Assembly (NCBI GenBank): GCA_028285585.1
Contig: JANQOU010000008.1
Span: 200,760-264,759 of the forward strand
DNA length: 64,000 nucleotides
Direction of reading: 5' to 3'
Source: Acidimicrobiia bacterium
Lineage (GTDB): Bacteria; Actinomycetota; Acidimicrobiia; Spongiisociales; ZC4RG35
Below the pieces are notes generated by a model. It was not told the DNA's origin. It saw only the letters and a list, made by a program, of their open reading frames with translations, and searched no databases. Below, piece by piece: positions 20,064-29,811 of the stretch. Within the stretch, counting starts at the first letter, position 1. Each line of letters starts with the position of its first letter. The position numbers were made by a program, and so were the translations under genes.

Positions 20064-20956
20064 AGTATCGAATTCCTTTCCAGCACAATCTCGAGCTCGC
20101 GACGCTCCTCATCCGACAGAGGGGTCATCGGGTGACGGGGATCTCCTCCGACTAGCCCGGCAAGGTCCATGGCCGCCTTCGTGTATGGGATGAATGCCAG
20201 CTCGCCACGGCTCGATCGGGGTTGGAGCAGTCGTCGGTATGCCATGAGGCGTCGGTTGAGGTCGCGAGCTGTCTCGAGGTCTCCGGCCTCGACCGCGTCA
20301 CTGAGTTGCTTGATGAACCCGGGAGCAAACGCGGCAGTCGCCGGCATACATCCAGCAGGACCCGCCGCCAGGGCGAAGTACAGGGGGTCCTCAGCCCCGG
20401 CGATCACGGCCAACTCGGAGCCAAGGATGTCGACGATGTAAGAGAATCGAACCATGTCCTGACCCGCGTACTTGTACCCGATGACGTACTCGAACTCGGG
20501 TACGCGGCCGATGGCCAGAATATCGATCGCGTCGGCGATCGATGGGTTCTCATAGACAATGAACGGAGTGTGATCGGCGTTGAGCATCCTCAGCTCGTTG
20601 AGGACCTCATCGACTGATCCTGCCGAGGGTTTGACCATCAGCGCGTCCGCCATCCCGTCTCGGACCAGTTTGCACGAAGCACGCCAGGTTTCGGGGCGGG
20701 ATTCGGTCCCGAGCACAACAACGCCGGAATCGCCCACCGTGCCGCGTATCACCTCGAGCGACTGGACGAGCTCGTCCCAGGACAAGGAGAAAGGCTCCGC
20801 CATCGTCCCTCCGACCACGAAAGCGGACACCTGGCTGTCGGCCAGCGCAACCGCGTTCGCTTCCACGCCGTCGAAATCGATCGTCTGATGAGTGTCGCGG
20901 TGAAACGGAGTGGTCAACGCCGCCATCACCCCGCACAGCGCCGATCGGTCTATCAC
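20060..20956 (-). CDS. DapA/N-acetylneuraminate-lyase-family class I aldolase
   Basis: ~298 aa TIM-barrel aldolase family with an N-terminal GVMAALTTPF… and DHDPS-like spacing. ATGA overlaps at both ends. Confidence 0.65.
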   Translation of the reverse strand: MIDRSALCGVMAALTTPFHRDTHQTIDFDGVEANAVALADSQVSAFVVGGTMAEPFSLSWDELVQSLEVIRGTVGDSGVVVLGTESRPETWRASCKLVRDGMADALMVKPSAGSVDEVLNELRMLNADHTPFIVYENPSIADAIDILAIGRVPEFEYVIGYKYAGQDMVRFSYIVDILGSELAVIAGAEDPLYFALAAGPAGCMPATAAFAPGFIKQLSDAVEAGDLETARDLNRRLMAYRRLLQPRSSRGELAFIPYTKAAMDLAGLVGGDPRHPMTPLSDEERRELEIVLERNSIL

Positions 20957-22086
20957 AGGTCAGGCCGTTGGGGTGTGGGACCAGTGTGCGCGGCGGGGTT
21001 TTGCAGGTGGTAGGCAAGCCGATCGAGAATGATGTCGGCTTCCCCCACGTCCACCGGACTCGGGTTCACCAGAACCAGGTCGCCTTCGCTGGCGACGGCA
21101 ATCCGCTCAAAGTGCCATAGCCGGTTCGCCAGTTCTTCCGACGAGAGCGGGATGCGATCAAAGTCGATCCTTACCGCGGCCCGCGGACACGGCTGACCGG
21201 CCACATTGGGGAAGTCCCGGAAGGCCTCGACCCCCGGAATGGCATCCCACGAGTCGACCCACATCTCGACCATCTTCTCGCGCTGGGCGATCGTTTCATC
21301 CTCGTCCTCGAGGAGGTAGTCCTCAATCGCCGCGACCAAGCCAGCCATCACCTCCGGACTCACCTTGAGAGCACGGGCGAGCGTTTGATGTGGTGGACCG
21401 ATGGCGCGGCAAGCCTCAACCAGATCACGGCGGCCCACGAGGAATCCGCTGTTCTGGGGGCCTCTCACCTCCTTGCCGCCACTAAACGCTGCTGCGTCTG
21501 CCCCGAGTTCGGTTGTGTACCTCCACAGATTTGACGCCGGAGGTAGCTGGGCGGCGGCATCAACGAGAACGGGTATTCCCCTCGGTTTGCACACGGTGAC
21601 AACTTCATCGAGGGTCAGACTTGAGGCCGAGTCATCACGAACCGGGACAAAGAGGTAAGCACGCGCGCCACGTTCGATCGCTTCGACGAGCTGACCGACA
21701 CTGGTTCCGTTGTCATCACCGATCTCAACCAGACTCGCTCCCACCAGTCGAACCACAGCATCGTACGGGGTGCGCTGGGAGCGCTGAATCAACACCCGGA
21801 ATCCGCCTCTGTCCATCGGAAGCTGAGCCGTGGCCGCAGCATCTCCATCCGACATGAGAGCGAGGAATGCGATGGCGAGAGCCGCCGCTGCCCCGTTCGC
21901 GATGTAGGCACCGTCGTTTCGGGTGAGAGCTGCGATGTGGTCACCGAGTTCGGCCTGCATCGCGAACACGTCGTGGTACTCCGTGCCCGCGGGAGCCATG
22001 GCGTCGAGGGTTCGTTTCCTCATCCTCGAACCGCCAAGGAACGTCGACCAGGAATGGGCGTTGATGACCGGTTGGCCTTGGGGCAC
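20953..22086 (-). CDS. DgaE/SelA-like PLP-dependent enzyme (D-glucosaminate-6-phosphate ammonia-lyase family)
   Basis: N terminus …VINAHSWSTFLGGSRM… matches the …IINAAGTLTRLGGS… start of the DgaE/SelA-like family. Has a PLP-fold body. Confidence 0.65.
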   Translation of the reverse strand: MPQGQPVINAHSWSTFLGGSRMRKRTLDAMAPAGTEYHDVFAMQAELGDHIAALTRNDGAYIANGAAAALAIAFLALMSDGDAAATAQLPMDRGGFRVLIQRSQRTPYDAVVRLVGASLVEIGDDNGTSVGQLVEAIERGARAYLFVPVRDDSASSLTLDEVVTVCKPRGIPVLVDAAAQLPPASNLWRYTTELGADAAAFSGGKEVRGPQNSGFLVGRRDLVEACRAIGPPHQTLARALKVSPEVMAGLVAAIEDYLLEDEDETIAQREKMVEMWVDSWDAIPGVEAFRDFPNVAGQPCPRAAVRIDFDRIPLSSEELANRLWHFERIAVASEGDLVLVNPSPVDVGEADIILDRLAYHLQNPAAHTGPTPQRPDL

Positions 22087-22118
22087 CGATCCCTTGGTGA
22101 CTGAAGCTTCTTGGGTGC

Positions 22119-22595
22119 TCAGCTCTGATTCCTGACTTCGGCTATGACCTCGAGTTCAACAGGGATGTTGAAAGGGAGGCTGGCCATCCCCAGGGCGGCA
22201 CGCGTGTGCTGTCCGCGCTCCCCGAGAACCTCGAGCAGCAGTGACGATGCTCCGTCGATGACGGCCGGTTGCTTGGTGAATTCGGGACCGGCGTTCACCC
22301 AGCCCGTGAGTCTGACGATGCGCTCGATCGCATCCAGGCTCCCCAACAGATCCCTGAGAGCACCAAGGCAATTGAGTGCGGAGATCCAGGCAGCGTCCTG
22401 ACCCTGTTCGATCGTCAGCTCGGACCCCACCTTGCCTATGAAGATATGCCTGCCGTCCCAGTACGGCCCGAAACCAGAGGTGACCGCAAGACTCCCGGTA
22501 AGCACTGCCGTGGTGAAGAGGCTCTCCCGCTCGTCGGGCGGGGGCAGATCCACCCCCAGCCGGTGTCTGCGGTCTGCCGTATCGACGCTGCTCAC
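22119..22595 (-). CDS. RidA/YjgF/TdcF-family reactive-intermediate deaminase
   Basis: RidA-like core (…GKVGSELT…MASLPFNIPVELEVIAEV). Proposed GTG start at 22595, with a GGGAGG ribosome-binding site 4 nt upstream and a GTGA overlap with the upstream stop. Confidence 0.7.
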   Translation of the reverse strand: MSSVDTADRRHRLGVDLPPPDERESLFTTAVLTGSLAVTSGFGPYWDGRHIFIGKVGSELTIEQGQDAAWISALNCLGALRDLLGSLDAIERIVRLTGWVNAGPEFTKQPAVIDGASSLLLEVLGERGQHTRAALGMASLPFNIPVELEVIAEVRNQS

Positions 22596-23602
22596 GACGC
22601 CTCCCTCAGCCAATCCCGCCACTCACGTCCCGGTGATCTATCGGCCAGCGGAACGTCGAGGTGTCGTTCCGCGCGGTTGTATTCGCCGACTGACGCAACG
22701 ACCCTCGCTACATCCTCGTCGTCGATGCCGAGTTGATGGGGTCGCCACAGCACTCCGGCTCCGTCGAGAACCGTTAGAGGCCTCGCAACCGACCTTCCCC
22801 TGAGGAGGTGGGCAACGACGATCCCCAGCGCAACGGCCTCCCCGTGGACAAATTTGCGGCCCGTCACCCTCTCGAGATTCCATGCGAAAAGGTGCTCATA
22901 TCCTGCGCCGAGCGGCCCGCCGGACGACTCCATCAGGCGGACGCTCTCGTACAGGAGACGGAGTGTTTCGAGGCATTGAGCCTCGTCGGATGGGTCGTAG
23001 GCTCTCGCCAGACCCGCCAGGGCATCCACCAAGTCCTCGACGAGGGACGAATGGGTAGAGATCTCTCGGTCGTCTTCTTCACCTGCCTGGGTGTCGATCC
23101 AGTCGAGCAAGGCGGTCTCGACCGCCAAGACGTCGGCGAGACCGGCAGCGTTGATCCGACGCGGAGCGGTGGTGAGGACCGCCAGATCGAGGATCACCAG
23201 CCTGGGGTCGGCCCGATGCACCTCACCAGCCCGGCCGCTCTCGTCACGCTCACGCATCGAGGATGTGAAGATCGAGTTCGTCGAGGTCACTGTTGGAACT
23301 AGGACGAGATCGAACCCCGTCTCCGAGGCGACGAGTTTCGCCCAGTCGAGAGCCGCACCGCCCCCAAAACCAACGACGGTCGCTTCTGGATCTGAGTCGC
23401 TGGTGCGGCCGGCCGGCCTCTCCCCCGCGTTGAGGTTGATGCTCGATGGTATTCGAGACAGCTGATCGGCAAGGGCAGTTCGAGCACCAGATTCGCTGAC
23501 GATGATCAGTCGCCGCTCTCGTCTAAGAGCATCGACAAGGATGTCATGACCGACATCGAGCCAGCCCGACATCGCATCGACCCACGGTGGAAGGGGGTTC
23601 AT
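22592..23602 (-). CDS. Iron-containing alcohol dehydrogenase / dehydroquinate-synthase-like enzyme (G1PDH/AraM-like)
   Basis: NAD-binding glycine motif VVGFGGGAALDWAKLVA and a DHQS-like fold length. Confidence 0.65.
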   Translation of the reverse strand: MNPLPPWVDAMSGWLDVGHDILVDALRRERRLIIVSESGARTALADQLSRIPSSINLNAGERPAGRTSDSDPEATVVGFGGGAALDWAKLVASETGFDLVLVPTVTSTNSIFTSSMRERDESGRAGEVHRADPRLVILDLAVLTTAPRRINAAGLADVLAVETALLDWIDTQAGEEDDREISTHSSLVEDLVDALAGLARAYDPSDEAQCLETLRLLYESVRLMESSGGPLGAGYEHLFAWNLERVTGRKFVHGEAVALGIVVAHLLRGRSVARPLTVLDGAGVLWRPHQLGIDDEDVARVVASVGEYNRAERHLDVPLADRSPGREWRDWLREAS

Positions 23603-24789
23603 GTTTCACCTCTCGAAGCAGCGACCGCCGCCTGAACGAGCCTGTCGGCGGATCCGCGATGGACCGGCGAATCGAACCCGAAGTAGATGTGTGACTCCTC
23701 GACTTCATACCCACCCTCGTCATACGCGTGTTCGGGTGCCACATAGCCGAGGTAGCCGTCGGTGAGTGTCGCCGGCATCACGTCCCCAATCTCTCCCTCG
23801 ATCCGCTGGCCGACTTCGCTGAACAGTTCGGCGGGAGTGAGTAGAAGCCTCCATGGTCCAACACCAACGAACGACACGCGCGCGACACCAAGATCCGCAC
23901 CGCTGGTGGACTCGATCGGAGTCACGCTTTGCCCTGTGGCCAATCTGGCATGTGGGGCAGTCGAGATCTCGAGCGCGGCGCGCACAGCGACTCGACCTAC
24001 CTTCTCACCCGCACCACGGACCCTGTCGGGGTCGAAGGTCCAGTCGAATCGTCCCGATTCAGTGACGTGGCAAGAGCGGACGTCGCCACAATAGCCAAGA
24101 AGGAACACGGCGACGCTTCCCGGGAACTCCTCCTCGATCAGGTCCCTGACCACGCCGACGTAGTCAGGGCCGATCAGCGTTGATTCTCCGGCCGTCGTGG
24201 GGTGGCATCCGTAGGAGACCACCACTCCTCTTGGTGACCCATCCTCGGTGTCGAAGCGGGCGACCTTGACTCGACGGTCGACCGGACCATCGAAGTTGGC
24301 GTGTGGTGGCTTCGCGACAAGGCCGTCGGGACCGGGAAGCCTGCGGTTCACTCCCAGGTCGCACGAGCCTTCTCCGACGCCAAGGTGAACAGGAAGCTGG
24401 GCAGCCAAGGCACCAACAGCAGCCTCGGACGCGGACGCGAGCAGCGTGTCGATGTACGCGGGCTCACCGGTGGAACCGTCGGCGGTGATGAATGGAGGCA
24501 CCTGCGGCGCGGTGTGGGTGTGAGTCGATGCGACGTGGATCCGATTCGTTGCGACGCCAGATGCCTCGGACACCCCACCCTGGATTCGCGAGACGGTCGC
24601 AGACGATAGGCCGAGTAGGTCGAACACGATGACCACTACCTGGTCGGTGCCGTCGGATATCGCAATCGCGCGACAGTCGATATCCGCCTCCACACCGGTG
24701 GAAATCCTCTGCGTTGGCCAGCCACCGAGAGGCAATCCGGGAGCGGATGGGGTGATGCTCACCCGGCTGAATCCGGCGGTGACAGTCAT
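23599..24789 (-). CDS. Neutral/alkaline ceramidase-like hydrolase (N-terminal catalytic domain family)
   Basis: Motif HVASTHTHTAPQ resembles the …SATHTHSGPGG… zinc-site motif of neutral ceramidases. N terminus …RVSITPSAPG…. Confidence 0.55.
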   Translation of the reverse strand: MTVTAGFSRVSITPSAPGLPLGGWPTQRISTGVEADIDCRAIAISDGTDQVVVIVFDLLGLSSATVSRIQGGVSEASGVATNRIHVASTHTHTAPQVPPFITADGSTGEPAYIDTLLASASEAAVGALAAQLPVHLGVGEGSCDLGVNRRLPGPDGLVAKPPHANFDGPVDRRVKVARFDTEDGSPRGVVVSYGCHPTTAGESTLIGPDYVGVVRDLIEEEFPGSVAVFLLGYCGDVRSCHVTESGRFDWTFDPDRVRGAGEKVGRVAVRAALEISTAPHARLATGQSVTPIESTSGADLGVARVSFVGVGPWRLLLTPAELFSEVGQRIEGEIGDVMPATLTDGYLGYVAPEHAYDEGGYEVEESHIYFGFDSPVHRGSADRLVQAAVAASRGET

Positions 24790-25462
24790 GCCGACACCTC
24801 AACGCTTACATCGATAGCCGCCTGATAGGACCGAAGTTTGCGCAGTTCCAATTCGCCGGTAGATGCTGCGTCGGCCACGCCAAGCAGTGGCGCACCGATA
24901 GCGAAGGTGCCAAAACCTTCAGCCGCAAGCCCCCGCACGTAATTGGGTTCGATGCCACCGCTCAGAATCAACGGAGGGCTCCCAAACGGGCGGGTCATCG
25001 TGTCGAGATGGTCGGCTCCGAAGATTCCCGCGGGAAAGACCTTCAACATGTCTGCTCCAGCCGTCAGCGCAGTGTCGATCTCGGTCGGAGTCAATACTCC
25101 CGGCACGGCGACGAGGCCCTCGGCGCGCAGTCGTTGGATGACATCCGGGTTGGCTCCGGGAGCAACACCGAACGTCGCTCCCGACCGGGATGCCTCAGAG
25201 GCCTCCTCCACGGTGCGAACGGTGCCCAAACCAACGGGGAACTCGGCGCCGAACTCGTCGGCGAGCTCACGGACAGCGGCGAAGGCACCTTCGGATTCGG
25301 CGGTGACTTCCAGGGCCAGGATGTGCCGTTCGGATACCAGGACTTCGGCAGCGCGCAAGATAGCCCTCCGCTCCAACCCGCGGAACACCACGACGATGCC
25401 CGGACGGTTCAGAGTTTCGATGACGGGTGTCGGGTCAGGATGCTGGTGTTCGACTGTCACCC
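24786..25462 (-). CDS. eda: KDPG/KHG aldolase (Eda family)
   Basis: Eda-family TIM barrel (…LKVFPAG…LILSGGI…). GTG start at 25462 in a GTGA overlap with the upstream permease stop. Confidence 0.7.
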
Positions 25463-26311
25463 CTTCAAACCTCCCTCCAGAAGCCCTCTGCTGAACCACC
25501 TTTGGAAGATGATGTAGATGGCGAACGCCGGAATGAACATCACCAGGGCTGCCGCGGCGGCGACCGGAAACGAGAAGTCGGGGTCAGACGCACTAACAGT
25601 GAATGCTTTGATGCCCAGCGCCATCGGCTGAACGTCGATGCCGGCGAAAGTGAAGGCAAAAATGAACTCACCCCAAGCCGGTATGAACGTGAACAGGGCT
25701 ACGACGACCGCTCCACCTCGGGCGAGAGGGAACATCACCCAGCGGAAGATCTGCCAGCGGTTGGCCCCATCGACAACCGCAGCTTCGATCATTTCACCCG
25801 GTATGCCATCGAAGATCGTCCTCATGATGAAAGCGCCCAGGGACACGAACCAAGCCACATACACCAACACGAGTCCTTGGTAGGTGTCGAGCCAACCCAG
25901 GAGCAGCAGCTCCTGGTAGAGAGCGGCGATCGCGAGAACGGGGGGCAAGAACAGAGTCAGTGTGAGCAAGCCAAACAAGATCTTGTGGCCCGGAAAGTCG
26001 CTTCGCGACAGCGCGTACCCGGACAGCGCTGCCACGACGACAACTCCGATCACCGTCAGCCCTGTGACGATCACACTGTCGAGGTAGTAGCTCGCCATCT
26101 CAGGGACCCGCTGAGTCATCTCTCTGAAGTTGTCCAGCGTGAGGCTCGTCGGGAAAGGCTGGAACTGCTGTGTCTCAGGTCGAAAGGCGATCGATGCGAA
26201 CCAGACGAACGGAAACAAAACAGCAAAACAGCCCAGCACGAGTGCCAGGGTTCGAGTGCGGAGAGCTCCGGACCTCTTCCAGCGATGACCGGTGGTTGCC
26301 ATCCTGCTCAT
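25457..26311 (-). CDS. Carbohydrate ABC transporter permease (MalG/UgpE-like)
   Basis: 6 TM helices and an EAA loop region (…AAVVDGANRWQIFRWVMFPLARG…). ATGA overlap with the upstream permease. Confidence 0.8.
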   Translation of the reverse strand: MSRMATTGHRWKRSGALRTRTLALVLGCFAVLFPFVWFASIAFRPETQQFQPFPTSLTLDNFREMTQRVPEMASYYLDSVIVTGLTVIGVVVVAALSGYALSRSDFPGHKILFGLLTLTLFLPPVLAIAALYQELLLLGWLDTYQGLVLVYVAWFVSLGAFIMRTIFDGIPGEMIEAAVVDGANRWQIFRWVMFPLARGGAVVVALFTFIPAWGEFIFAFTFAGIDVQPMALGIKAFTVSASDPDFSFPVAAAAALVMFIPAFAIYIIFQRWFSRGLLEGGLKG

Positions 26312-27276
26312 TCGACCTCGGTCCTTACAATCTTCCAGATGAGCCATGCGAGAACGAGAGTGATGAGGCCGAGCATCAGGTACCAGGCGCTAGCCCGGCC
26401 GACTCTGTCCTGGTAGAAGAAGATCTCGAACGCCTCCAACCCATATGTTGTGGTGGCGTCAATTGGCCCGCCGCCCGTCATGAAGAGTGGCTCCGCAGTC
26501 AGCGCGAAGACTTTGAGTCTCAGGATTAGAACAATGGCGAGAACCGGCCGAAGAAGCGGCATCTGGACTGACCAGAAGGTCCTCCAACCGGAGGCACCGT
26601 CGACCCTTGCGGCATCCAGCAGACTTCTGGGGATCGCCGCAAGTCCGACCAGGAACAGGATCAGGACCTCCCCGAACAGCCTCCACGTGGTCATCGCAGC
26701 CATCGAGGGCAAGGCGAGATTGGGGTCGCCAAGGAAGTTGATCGGACCGATGAAGGGAATGGCTCCGAGGACCGACCGACTCAAGCCTACTTGGGGGTCG
26801 AGCATCCACACCCACATTTGAAAGACGATCGCCGCGGGAAGAACCACTGGGAGGTAGTAGATGATGCGGTAGACAGTGGCAGACCGTCGCTCACCGATCC
26901 TGTCGAGGGCTACCGCGATGGACAACGCGATGATGATGCTGATCGGCACGTACATCAGGAAGAACAGTGCCGACCGCGAAAGTGAGCTCCACATACGGTC
27001 GTCCTGGAACCAATGGACGTAGTTGTCGAAGCCGACGAACTCGTTGCGCTGTTGGACCACTGAGACTCTGAAGAACGAGTTGTAGATCGTCCTTACGATC
27101 GGATAGAAGACAAACGCGCCCATCACGAGCAGAAGGGGCACGGTGAAGGGGAAGCTGGTCCCCTTTCCCATTTGAGATGGACGACTGCTGGACTCGCGGA
27201 GACCTGACTGCCGCTTGTTGATGGTGTCGGTCATCTCACTCTCAGAAGGATGCGGAGTAGTGCGGCCCGTCAACAC
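26308..27276 (-). CDS. Carbohydrate ABC transporter permease (MalF/UgpA-like); start 27234 or 27276
   Basis: TM topology and an EAA motif (…DAARVDGASGWRTFWSVQMPLLRP…). Confidence 0.8.
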   Translation of the reverse strand: MLTGRTTPHPSESEMTDTINKRQSGLRESSSRPSQMGKGTSFPFTVPLLLVMGAFVFYPIVRTIYNSFFRVSVVQQRNEFVGFDNYVHWFQDDRMWSSLSRSALFFLMYVPISIIIALSIAVALDRIGERRSATVYRIIYYLPVVLPAAIVFQMWVWMLDPQVGLSRSVLGAIPFIGPINFLGDPNLALPSMAAMTTWRLFGEVLILFLVGLAAIPRSLLDAARVDGASGWRTFWSVQMPLLRPVLAIVLILRLKVFALTAEPLFMTGGGPIDATTTYGLEAFEIFFYQDRVGRASAWYLMLGLITLVLAWLIWKIVRTEVE

Positions 27277-27313
27277 ACAGGCCGCACCACTCTGGAGGAG
27301 GAATGGCTATCTG

Positions 27314-28693
27314 TTATCCGTTGAAGTCGGCGAACGCCTCCTGGAGGCGAGCCAGCATTGCGTCTCTGGTGTCTTCGGCCGAGATGTCCTCGATGATCAT
27401 ACGCTCGACTTCCTCCCGGAATATGCCCTGCTCGAAACCGAGCCAATAGGGATTGACCGGAAGCCCGGTGGAGACTTCGAGGGCGTCGAAAGTGGCCTGG
27501 GCCCACTCCGGCATCACGATGTCGTCCCGGGTCGAATACCAAGGTGTGGCACCGAAGTTGTCGATGGTCCACTGGATCGACACCGGGTCCCACATGACGC
27601 CGTGCATGAGGAAGTCGACAGCCTCTTGAGCGTGAGCCGCTTCCTTCTGAATCACTGCAGCCGAATTCCAGAACAGTGTCCCGGGATATGCATTCTCGGG
27701 GTTGGCTCCAAGGCCAATCACGCCTGGGTTAACGCCGGCGGTGATGGCCCGACCGACCTGCTTCTCCCAGTACATGATCATCGCGGCCTCGTTTGCCTGG
27801 AACGCCAGCGAAGAACCAAGCGGGGTCAGCACGTTCTCGGGGAAGAACTGAGACAGGTCCTTGATCAGCTGCAGCGCTTCCACAGCAGCAGGCTGGTCGA
27901 GGTTGAACAGTCCCTCTTCAGTGAACACGTCTTCTGTCAGCGTGACCATGAGGGGGAGGAAGAGTCGATGCGAGAACATGAAGTCTGCACCGAATCCGCT
28001 AACTCCCGGCATTGCTGCCTCAACCGCGGTCGCCGTTTCGATCAACTCGTCCCACGTCTTCGGCTGCTCCGGTGAGCCGGTGACCTCTTCGAGGAAGTCC
28101 TTCCTCCAGATGAGGAGCACGGTTGCGAGTGCCATTGGCAGGCTGTACGAGCTCCCATCGGAGTACGTGTTTGCCAGTCGAACTGACTCAGGCAGATCGT
28201 CGATCGCACCATCCGGATACAAGTCGTCGAGAGGCCTCAGCGCGCCTGCCTCGACGAGTGGTGCCACTTCGATCCATGGCGTGACCCCCACAATCGCGTC
28301 GAAAGAAGCCTCGCCATTCTGAGCTTCCAGTGCGTAACGCTGAACTGCGGCGGGTGCGTCGGGCAGATCATCAGCAGCGAGCACAGTGATCTCGATATCG
28401 ATGTTCGGATTCGCTGCCTCCCACCTCTCGACAGCGTTCTCGAACGGGTGCGTCGACATCATGTAGTCGTAGACGCCGAGCTTGACGATCACGGGTTCAG
28501 ATGAACCGGCCGTCGTGTCTGTCGCACCCAAGGTGGTGGTCGTATCTCTCGACGGCCCCGTGGTGTCGGTACCAGCTTCAGAGCTGGCGGTGCTCCCGTT
28601 GCCCTCCCCGTCGGAGGAGCCGCACGCTGCCGCCGTCAAGGAGAAGACCAAGAGCAGGACCACCATTCGGACGGTCCTAGTGCCAAATAACAT
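27314..28693 (-). CDS. Carbohydrate-type ABC transporter substrate-binding lipoprotein (family 1)
   Basis: Signal peptide with lipobox (LTAAACGSS), a Thr/Ser-rich linker and an SBP_bac_1-like body. First gene of the long minus-strand operon. Confidence 0.8.
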   Translation of the reverse strand: MLFGTRTVRMVVLLLVFSLTAAACGSSDGEGNGSTASSEAGTDTTGPSRDTTTTLGATDTTAGSSEPVIVKLGVYDYMMSTHPFENAVERWEAANPNIDIEITVLAADDLPDAPAAVQRYALEAQNGEASFDAIVGVTPWIEVAPLVEAGALRPLDDLYPDGAIDDLPESVRLANTYSDGSSYSLPMALATVLLIWRKDFLEEVTGSPEQPKTWDELIETATAVEAAMPGVSGFGADFMFSHRLFLPLMVTLTEDVFTEEGLFNLDQPAAVEALQLIKDLSQFFPENVLTPLGSSLAFQANEAAMIMYWEKQVGRAITAGVNPGVIGLGANPENAYPGTLFWNSAAVIQKEAAHAQEAVDFLMHGVMWDPVSIQWTIDNFGATPWYSTRDDIVMPEWAQATFDALEVSTGLPVNPYWLGFEQGIFREEVERMIIEDISAEDTRDAMLARLQEAFADFNG

Positions 28694-28741
28694 AGATCAC
28701 TCCAGTTGTTCGCCGTATGCCGGAGTCGGAGGTTGCCGACT

Positions 28742-28756
28742 GTGCATGTAACATAC
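28742..28756. promoter_or_regulatory. Near-copy of the 15.85-kb palindrome (GTGCATGTAACATAC) in the divergent regulator/operon promoter region
   Basis: Shares the CATGTAACA core and a TGTGCA half-site with TGTTACATGTAACA. Lies between the binding-protein-gene start (28693) and the GntR start (28936). Confidence 0.4.
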
Positions 28757-28935
28757 TTTAGGCCCACTCAGGAGTCAAGGGGGCAAAACCGCCTATTTGT
28801 GATGGGATTTCTGAACAGTCTCTTCGATCGGATTCCTTCGAGATGTGACGCCCTGTCGAATAGGGTATGCAACATGAGAATGGATCGAGGACGCTCGTGA
28901 CCTCTGCCGGGCCCGACGGTCAACCGCGGCAGATC

Positions 28936-29580
28936 ATGTCTGTCAGCCTCAAGGACCAGGTACTTGCCGGTCTGCGTGCAGGCCTCCTCAAGGGAGACTT
29001 CAAGCCAGGAAAGATCTACAAGATGGGGGAAGTCGGAGAGCAGTTTGGCGCATCCAGGACGCCCGTGAGGGAAGCTGTCCTGGAGCTCGAGTCACGAGGC
29101 GTCGTCGAGATAATCCGTAGCGTGGGGTTCCGTGTGACGGAGCCCACCCCAGACGACATCCAGGACATGTGGGAGGTCCGGGCGATCGTGGAAGTACCGG
29201 CAATGGAATCGCTGTCCGGCCGACTAGACGACTCGACGTTGGCCAAACTGTGGTCGCTGATCGACGACGTCGAGAAAGCAGCACGCTCCGATGACCTGGC
29301 AAGCTATCTCGCCAAAGACGCCCAGCTACATGACGCGCTCTACGAGGAGCTCTCCAACCGCCATCTCGCTGCGACCATTAGAGACCTTCGCGATTCGCAG
29401 CGGGTACCGAGCCTGGGAGCGCGACGAGCGTCCAGCGATTTGATCGCTCGCAATGAGGAGCACCGTGCATTGGTTGCGGCCATCGCATCCGGGGACACCG
29501 AGAAGATCCACAATCTGACTAGAGCCCACCTATTGGTGAACTACCACAAGTGGCAGAGTCAGAGCGATCACCGGGACTAG
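28936..29580 (+). CDS. GntR-family transcriptional regulator (FadR/FCD subfamily)
   Basis: N-terminal winged HTH (…LAGLRAGLLKGDFKPGKIYKMGEVGEQFGASRTPVREAV…) and a C-terminal all-helical FCD-like domain. The ATG at 28936 is preferred over the TTG at 28867. Confidence 0.8.
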   Translation: MSVSLKDQVLAGLRAGLLKGDFKPGKIYKMGEVGEQFGASRTPVREAVLELESRGVVEIIRSVGFRVTEPTPDDIQDMWEVRAIVEVPAMESLSGRLDDSTLAKLWSLIDDVEKAARSDDLASYLAKDAQLHDALYEELSNRHLAATIRDLRDSQRVPSLGARRASSDLIARNEEHRALVAAIASGDTEKIHNLTRAHLLVNYHKWQSQSDHRD

Positions 29581-29811
29581 CACCCTCAAGGCAAAGGTGA
29601 AACCACCCTCGTTTGGCTCGACACAGATGCTTATCCGGAGCCACTGGAGTACTTCGATCAACTGACGGACGGCGGAGAACAGGGATGACAAGCTGCCATG
29701 AGGGGTAGTGGTGCCCCTGGCCACGACACGACCTAACTGCTAGGACGTCGGTGTTCAACCGGGGCCAAAGCGACTGCCACGAGCTGGGGTGGTAGCTGTT
29801 CTCCCACGCAC

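Noticed and set aside
27215-28075. 286-aa plus-strand ORF
   Set aside because: Antisense to the carbohydrate binding-protein gene, with no recognisable features.
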